12,949 bases of DNA from Synechococcus sp. (lineage in GTDB: Bacteria > Cyanobacteriota > Cyanobacteriia > Thermostichales > PCC-7336): the NCBI GenBank assembly GCA_051439605.1, contig JBFRWN010000036.1, positions 1 through 12,949 of the forward strand. Reading direction: 5' to 3'. This document shows positions 7,528 through 12,949 of this stretch, in pieces; the first letter of the stretch is position 1, and each line of letters starts with the position of its first letter. The notes below the pieces were generated by a model. That model had not been told where the DNA came from. It saw only the letters and a program-made list of their open reading frames with translations, and ran no database searches. Position numbers and translations under genes: made by a program.

Positions 7528-8076
7528 CTACACGCTAGTGATTTCTTGCTGTTTAGTCTTCGTAATCTCGTCAATTTTTTTGACGAACTTGTCTGTCAAC
7601 TTCTGTACATCATCCTGAAGATCTTTGGATTCGTCTTCAGAAATGTCAGAGTTTTTCTCCTGTTTGCGGATGCTGTCGATGGCATCGCGGCGGACGTTGC
7701 GCACCGACACTTTGCCCTCTTCCGCCAATTTGCCCACCATCTTGACCAAATCCTTGCGGCGTTCTTCGGTCAGGGGGGGGATATTGAGGCGAATCATCTT
7801 GCCATCGTTGTTGGGGGTGAGCCCGATATCCGACATGGCGATCGCCCGCTCGATATCGCTCATGACAGAGGCGTCGAAGGGCTGAATGGAGATAGTGCTG
7901 CTGTCGGGGGTACTGATGTTAGCCAAAGACTTCAAAGGGGTTGGGGCACCGTAATAGTCCACCTGTACCCGGTCCAGCAGACTGGTACTAGCTCGACCCG
8001 TGCGAATGGTGTTGAAGTTCCGTTGCGTGGCCTGAATGGCCTTTTGCATATTTTCTTCGACGACCGATAGTTCCAC
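7528..8076 (-). CDS. frr: Ribosome recycling factor, 182 aa
   Basis: [49 protein letters not shown] upstream of the GTG start. Confidence 0.98.
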   Translation of the reverse strand: MELSVVEENMQKAIQATQRNFNTIRTGRASTSLLDRVQVDYYGAPTPLKSLANISTPDSSTISIQPFDASVMSDIERAIAMSDIGLTPNNDGKMIRLNIPPLTEERRKDLVKMVGKLAEEGKVSVRNVRRDAIDSIRKQEKNSDISEDESKDLQDDVQKLTDKFVKKIDEITKTKQQEITSV

Positions 8077-8176
8077 GGGACACCTCTGGATTCAGCAAGT
8101 AGTTCAGCAATTCGAGCAATTGGAAGTGGGGCACCGCCTCCAGTCCCATATTGTACGCGTGCTTGTGCCACTAGCT

Positions 8177-9355
8177 CTAGGCTGCAAAGCGGATGTTGAG
8201 GCGATCGTTTTCCATCTTGGCCCCGGCTGGACGCATTCCCGCCAGAGTTTGGGGTAAGACCAGATTGCGGCGATGGTTGCCAATCCGAATATTGAGTTCG
8301 TCCCCCGTTTTGCTCAACTCCACCTGTTGTTTTTCGATACCAGGCAGATAGAGCTCAAGACGGTACTGACCGTTGTCGCTGTGGACTGACATTGTCGTTT
8401 CCTTGTACTGAACTGCCGCTGGATCGGCATCCGCCCACAGAGTTTTGGCCAACCGTTCCAGCGCTTCGAAACCCACTAGTTCCTCAGCGTACAAAGGAAC
8501 TTCTTTCACGGGTAGAGGGGTGAAGTCCTCGTGGATTTGCTTGCGGTATACCTCTTGGTTTTCCTTCCAGCGAGCAAAGTAAGGGTCTTTCACCTCTTGA
8601 GGAATAATCCGGTTGGCAATCACCATGTCGGTGGCAACGTTATAGAGGCTGAGGTAGGCATGGGCACGCTGCGACTCTTTCAGCACCATCTTTTCGGGGT
8701 TGGTCACCAATCGAACGCTGGTTATGGTGTTGTCGGTCAAGATGGTCTCTAGCCGTTCGATCTTTTCGTAGAACTCGTAGGGGGCATCCATGACTTCGTT
8801 GGTAGGCAGCGGGATGCCGGATAGCTGCTTAACAATCGGGGCAAAGACGGGGCGAAGGGCAGCGGCCATCCCCTGCAATGGCTTGTAGAATTTGCGCATG
8901 TACCAGCCGGAGACCTCGGGTAGGCTGAGCAGGCGGAGAGCAGTGCCGGTGGGGGCAGAGTCGATAATCAGGACTTCAAAATCTTGTTCGTCATAGTGAC
9001 GATTGACCCGCACCAGCGAGAAAATCTCGTCCATACCGGGCAAGACGGCCAGTTCTTCTGCCTGGATACCATCTAGACCGCGCGCCTGCAGAACTTCGGT
9101 GATGTAGCTCTTGACCGCTCCCCAGTTTTGCTCCAGTTCGATCAGGGCATCGAGCTCGGCTCCCCACAGGTTAGGGCGCACTTCTTTGGGGTCGTGACCC
9201 AGAGGGGTTTCAAAACTATCTGCGAGGGAGTGGGCGGGATCGGTACTCAGCACCAAGGTTTTGTATCCCAGTTCGGCACAGCGAAGGCCAGACGCTGCAG
9301 CCATAGAGGTTTTTCCTACACCTCCTTTACCGGTCATCAAAATGATGCGTGTCAT
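8177..9355 (-). CDS. ArsA/Get3/TRC40-family ATPase with C-terminal alpha-crystallin-like domain, about 392 aa
   Basis: [33 protein letters not shown]-terminal LYLPG...[21 protein letters not shown] 9355 preferred over 9427. Confidence 0.92.
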   Translation of the reverse strand: MTRIILMTGKGGVGKTSMAAASGLRCAELGYKTLVLSTDPAHSLADSFETPLGHDPKEVRPNLWGAELDALIELEQNWGAVKSYITEVLQARGLDGIQAEELAVLPGMDEIFSLVRVNRHYDEQDFEVLIIDSAPTGTALRLLSLPEVSGWYMRKFYKPLQGMAAALRPVFAPIVKQLSGIPLPTNEVMDAPYEFYEKIERLETILTDNTITSVRLVTNPEKMVLKESQRAHAYLSLYNVATDMVIANRIIPQEVKDPYFARWKENQEVYRKQIHEDFTPLPVKEVPLYAEELVGFEALERLAKTLWADADPAAVQYKETTMSVHSDNGQYRLELYLPGIEKQQVELSKTGDELNIRIGNHRRNLVLPQTLAGMRPAGAKMENDRLNIRFAA

Positions 9356-9449
9356 ACCCACCGATCGCTTTTGCAAAAGTTTAAAGTACTCATAGCCTAA
9401 CCTAACGAGCCTCCGGGCTTGCGCCATTCTGGTCGATGCAGGCGAAAGC

Positions 9450-9872
9450 TCAGTTTGAGCCAGGTTCGCTGGGGGCCTCTACGGTGTCTGGAATCGGGAT
9501 AAATAGCCAGTCAATAAAAGAAACGGGGATAGGTTCTTCGGGGCTAGCGGCTGAGTTGTCGGTATTGGGCTCTAAGGTCTCGGTGTCGGAGGCGTTTTCT
9601 GAGAGGTCGGGAGTAGTCGGTGTGGGGCTTTGGGCCGGTAAATCTTCTGTAGCTGTGCTGCTGGTCTCCGCACTGCCGGTTTCCGACTCCGCAAGAGATG
9701 ACCCCTCTAGCAGCTGCTCTGCAGGGGTGGGGGTGTCAGAGTCCCGATCTTCAGAATTGAGTTGCTCTAGAGAAGGGCTGATGAAACCACTAAACGACAC
9801 GCTGGACAGCGCCAACATCGCCATGACAGGACCCAATAACTTAGTACGCGATTCCATTGCCGCAGAGAACAC
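9450..9872 (-). CDS. Hypothetical exported or membrane-anchored acidic low-complexity protein
   Basis: Hydrophobic N-terminus ([19 protein letters not shown]) followed by an E/D/S/T/P-rich body; fills the gap co-directionally with the ATPase gene. ATG 9857 is a likely alternative start. Confidence 0.55.
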   Translation of the reverse strand: MFSAAMESRTKLLGPVMAMLALSSVSFSGFISPSLEQLNSEDRDSDTPTPAEQLLEGSSLAESETGSAETSSTATEDLPAQSPTPTTPDLSENASDTETLEPNTDNSAASPEEPIPVSFIDWLFIPIPDTVEAPSEPGSN

Positions 9873-9995
9873 ATCTCTATCATCCTATCCCGATGCTTCG
9901 GACGATCTCCTATTTCCCGTTCTAAGCAGCGAGATCGGCCGCTATTGACTAATAAGCAAGCTATCATCGCAGATGCTTACTGACGGGGTGGTGGC

Positions 9996-12458
9996 TTGCT
10001 AAAACTGTTCGCGCCAGAGGGAAACGAACCAGAACGGAATGGGATTGCCCCTACTCAATGGGTGGAAGTCACGATCGATCGCCCTGGAAACCTGGAATCT
10101 TACACCTATCGATTACCGCAAGAGCTGGAGAATGTTCAACCTGGAGATATTCTGGCGGTTCCTTTTGGCTCGCAGGTGGTAGCTGCATTGGCGCTCTCTC
10201 TCTTGCAAGAGCTACCCAAGGGGCTGAATGCTGCCAAGGTAAAGCCGGTGGAAGAGGTCATGGCCTCCGGTTTGATCCCTCCACATCTGCAGGTGTTGCT
10301 GAAGCAAGTATCGGACTATTACGTCACCCCATTGGCGCAGGTGGTACGAACGGTGTTGCCGCCCGGGATTTTGGCGCGGGCACAGCGGCGTATTCGCTTG
10401 CAGGGCGATCGCCAGCAACTACTCCCTAGCGAACTGTCCCCTCAGGCCAAGGCCCTGTTAGAGCTACTGGAAAGCCGGCAGGGGGATTTGTCCTGGCGAT
10501 ATTTACGACAGCGGGTCAAGCATGCCTCCAAAGGGCTGCAGGAGCTGCAGCGCAAAAAGCTGGTAAGCAGCTATTTGAAACAGGGACAGACTATTGCCCC
10601 CAAAACGCAGCAGGCGGTGACTCTATGTCATCTCGGGGGTCGGGGAGACATCAGGTTGACCGATCGCCAGTCGGAGGTGTTAGCAATCCTGCAACGGCTG
10701 GGTGGGGAAGCTTGGTTGTCGGAGTTGGTGACTGCAGCCCAAACGACGCGGACAACCATCAAGGGGCTGGAGAAAAAAGGATTGGTGGCGATCGCCGCGC
10801 GGGAAATACTGCGATCGCCAAGCGCCCCAGACATTGTTCGCGATGCCGCTAAAAATTTAACCACAGCCCAGGCCGCAGCAGTGGAACTGATCTGTGCCAC
10901 AGATAGCGGCAGAATCCTGCTGCAAGGGGTGACGGGGTCCGGCAAAACTGAAGTGTACCTGCAGGCGATCTCGCGCGTTCTAGAGCATCAGCAATCAGCA
11001 ATGGTGCTGGTGCCAGAAATTGGTTTGACCCCGCAGTTGGCCGATCGCTTTCGAGCCCGCTTTGGGGAGCGGGTGCTGGTTTACCACAGTAATTTGTCGG
11101 CGGGGGAACGGTTCGACGCCTGGCGGCTGATGCTGGATGGCGGTCCTTACGTAGTAGTGGGGACGCGTTCGGCGGTGTTTGCCCCTCTGTCGAATGTGGG
11201 GTTGATCGTGCTGGATGAGGAGCACGACGACAGTTTTAAGCAGGATCGGGCTCAGCCCTGCTACCACGCTCGCACGGTGGCTGACTGGCGCTCGCAGCAG
11301 GAACACTGCCCTCTACTGCTGGGCAGCGCCACTCCAGCGTTGGAAACGTTTACGTCTGTGGTGGGGGACCCACAGCGTCATTTAGTCTTGCCGGAACGCA
11401 TTGGGGCTAAACCCCTGCCCCCTGTAGAAATAGTCGATTTGCGAGCGGAGCTGGAAAAAGGCAATCGGTCGGTGTTGAGCGGAGTATTGCGCTCCGCCCT
11501 CGAAGAGGCAGTTGGGGCAGGCCAGCAGGCCATCTTTTTCCTCCCCCGCAGGGGCTACAGCACGTTCGTTCAATGTCGTAGTTGCGGCACGGCCATGGCT
11601 TGTCCCCATTGCGATGTCTCTCTGACGTACCACAAGGTTGGCTACGAGCTGCGCTGTCACTATTGCGGCTATCGCATCCGCAAGCCCAATGCCTGCCCCG
11701 AATGCCACTCGATGTATTTCAAGGAATTTGGCACCGGCACCCAGCGGGTGTGTGACAAATTGCAGCAGGAGTTTCCCGAGCTCCGCATCCTGAGGTTCGA
11801 TCGCGACACCACCCGCCAAAAAGATGGCCACCGCCAACTCCTAGAACAATTTAGGAAAGGCGAAGCTGACATTCTTGTGGGTACGCAGATGCTAACCAAA
11901 GGGATTGACGTGCCCGACGTGACGCTGGTGGGGGTGCTGGCGGCGGACGGACTACTCAATATGGCTGACTTTCGGGCGGGAGAGCGGGCTTTTCAGCTGC
12001 TCACGCAGGTGGCGGGGCGGGCAGGGCGCGGAGACAAGCCGGGGCGGGCCATTTTTCAGACTTATTTGCCCGAACATCCCACCATTGCACACGTCAAGTC
12101 TTACAGTTATGACACTTTTGCCACGGCAGAACTGGAACAGCGACAGGTGTTGGGCTATCCCCCATTCAAGCGCCTGATTTGTTGTCGCATCAGCAGCGAG
12201 GAGGGAAAGGAGGCAGAACAGTTTGCTGAAAAGCTAGCGCAGTATGTAGGAGATCGCGTTCCTGGAGAACTGCTAGGTCCCTGTCCGGCTCAGGTGGAGC
12301 GGGTGGCGGGTCGGTGGCGCTGGCAAGTGCTGCTGAAGGAACCTTCCGAAACGGTCTGGGAGGCGGCTCAATTAGCCAAGGTTTTGTTGCCTCTTCCTCA
12401 ACGAACTCCCAAAAACGTTCGTCTGAGTATAGATGTGGATCCCCTGCGCTTGCTGTGA
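9996..12458 (+). CDS. priA: Primosomal protein N' (replication restart helicase), 820 aa
   Basis: GVTGSGKTEVY, LVPEIGLTPQ, GTRSAVFAP, DEEHD, SATP, four CxxC pairs (CRSC, CPHC, CHYC, CPEC), QVAGRAGR, IDVDP; TTG start is uncertain. Confidence 0.97.
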   Translation: MLKLFAPEGNEPERNGIAPTQWVEVTIDRPGNLESYTYRLPQELENVQPGDILAVPFGSQVVAALALSLLQELPKGLNAAKVKPVEEVMASGLIPPHLQVLLKQVSDYYVTPLAQVVRTVLPPGILARAQRRIRLQGDRQQLLPSELSPQAKALLELLESRQGDLSWRYLRQRVKHASKGLQELQRKKLVSSYLKQGQTIAPKTQQAVTLCHLGGRGDIRLTDRQSEVLAILQRLGGEAWLSELVTAAQTTRTTIKGLEKKGLVAIAAREILRSPSAPDIVRDAAKNLTTAQAAAVELICATDSGRILLQGVTGSGKTEVYLQAISRVLEHQQSAMVLVPEIGLTPQLADRFRARFGERVLVYHSNLSAGERFDAWRLMLDGGPYVVVGTRSAVFAPLSNVGLIVLDEEHDDSFKQDRAQPCYHARTVADWRSQQEHCPLLLGSATPALETFTSVVGDPQRHLVLPERIGAKPLPPVEIVDLRAELEKGNRSVLSGVLRSALEEAVGAGQQAIFFLPRRGYSTFVQCRSCGTAMACPHCDVSLTYHKVGYELRCHYCGYRIRKPNACPECHSMYFKEFGTGTQRVCDKLQQEFPELRILRFDRDTTRQKDGHRQLLEQFRKGEADILVGTQMLTKGIDVPDVTLVGVLAADGLLNMADFRAGERAFQLLTQVAGRAGRGDKPGRAIFQTYLPEHPTIAHVKSYSYDTFATAELEQRQVLGYPPFKRLICCRISSEEGKEAEQFAEKLAQYVGDRVPGELLGPCPAQVERVAGRWRWQVLLKEPSETVWEAAQLAKVLLPLPQRTPKNVRLSIDVDPLRLL

Positions 12459-12911
12459 GAAATGAACTGTACGAAGCGAAATAGGTTCTCTGCCAGTCTA
12501 ACTGAATAATTAAAGACAATGTCAAAACAGTTTGCGTTAAGAACCCGTTAAATGAATAACGCATTCTGTTTAAAGTTACTCGCATGAAACTTGCCTAAAA
12601 AATCGAAACAAATTTTCACATATGCATTCATTTTAATCTTTTTAAAGTACGTTTATTGCTTTCCCTAAATTGCTTCTGGCGTGGTTCAGCCATGTGGATT
12701 GTCAAGAGCAAATGGTACTGCTAGTTTCAAATCTGAAACATGATTCATATCCTCCTGGAATTTCCCCAGCCACTCGCTTGAGAAGTCTCCTCGACTATCA
12801 GCCATTCGTAGTCACTGTCGTGACAGTGTCTCTATGATGAGTTCAGAGTAGAAAGATCTCTGCTCGAAAGAGTTGGAAAGACTGCAAGTAGTCACCCTAA
12901 AGGAGATTGCT

Positions 12912-12949
12912 ATGAACAGCTCATCAAAACAATGTTCGTACTCAGGTCA
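12912..12949 (+). CDS. Probable start of a downstream gene (partial), product unknown
   Basis: AAGGAG (12900-12905) six nt before ATG 12912; open to the window end (MNSSSKQCSYSG...). Confidence 0.45.
   Translation, partial: MNSSSKQCSYSG

Larger units (their letters stand above)
905..10818. repeat. Dispersed HIP1 octamers (GCGATCGC)
   Basis: Exact copies start at 905, 1562, 1811, 3740, 4650, 5142, 5517, 6158, 6831, 7838, 10405, 10788 and 10811; HIP1 over-representation is a cyanobacterial hallmark. Confidence 0.9.

Noticed and set aside
7546..8070. 174-aa ORF antisense to frr and other antisense or nested ORFs within the main genes
   Set aside because: Shadows of well-supported genes, with no recognisable motifs.
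8090..8122. Short TTCAGCAA-like repeats upstream of frr
   Set aside because: Two or three irregularly spaced 8-mers; too weak to interpret.
8177..9355. Arsenic-resistance locus
   Set aside because: Single ATPase domain with an alpha-crystallin-like tail, and no arsB, acr3, arsC or arsR in the window.
9436..9948. 170-aa plus-strand ORF
   Set aside because: Ser/Gly/Val-rich mirror of the minus-strand low-complexity gene, which has the more protein-like organisation.
12613..12634. TTTTCACATATGCATTCATTTT, similar to the ManR-like box
   Set aside because: Half-site period is 12 rather than 11 bp and the context is very AT-rich; revisit only if the next gene is Mn-related.
12935..12947. TTCGTACTCAGGT, resembling a MITE right end
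   Set aside because: At the window edge, inside the putative ORF, with only a 7-bp candidate partner (TGAGTTC at 12838).

Overview
Cyanobacterial chromosomal window (at least 13 exact HIP1 GCGATCGC octamers), mostly housekeeping and metal-uptake genes. In order: the left end and transposase N-terminus of an IS1-family element (missed by the ORF track); a REC-GAF-HisKA-HATPase hybrid kinase; a LapA-like membrane protein; a divergent Mn/Zn ABC importer (mntC <- -> mntA-mntB); an HtrA/Deg protease; frr; an ArsA/Get3-family ATPase; an acidic low-complexity hypothetical protein; priA; and the probable start of a further gene at the right edge. The most informative signals are non-coding: two identical 21-bp ManR-like boxes flanking a perfect 7-1-7 palindrome upstream of mntA, a 133-bp MITE-like insertion upstream of mntC with a related end just past the mntC stop, and a hammerhead-like but probably inactive RNA motif near the IS1 end. 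I cannot support a new multi-gene system from the sequence alone.
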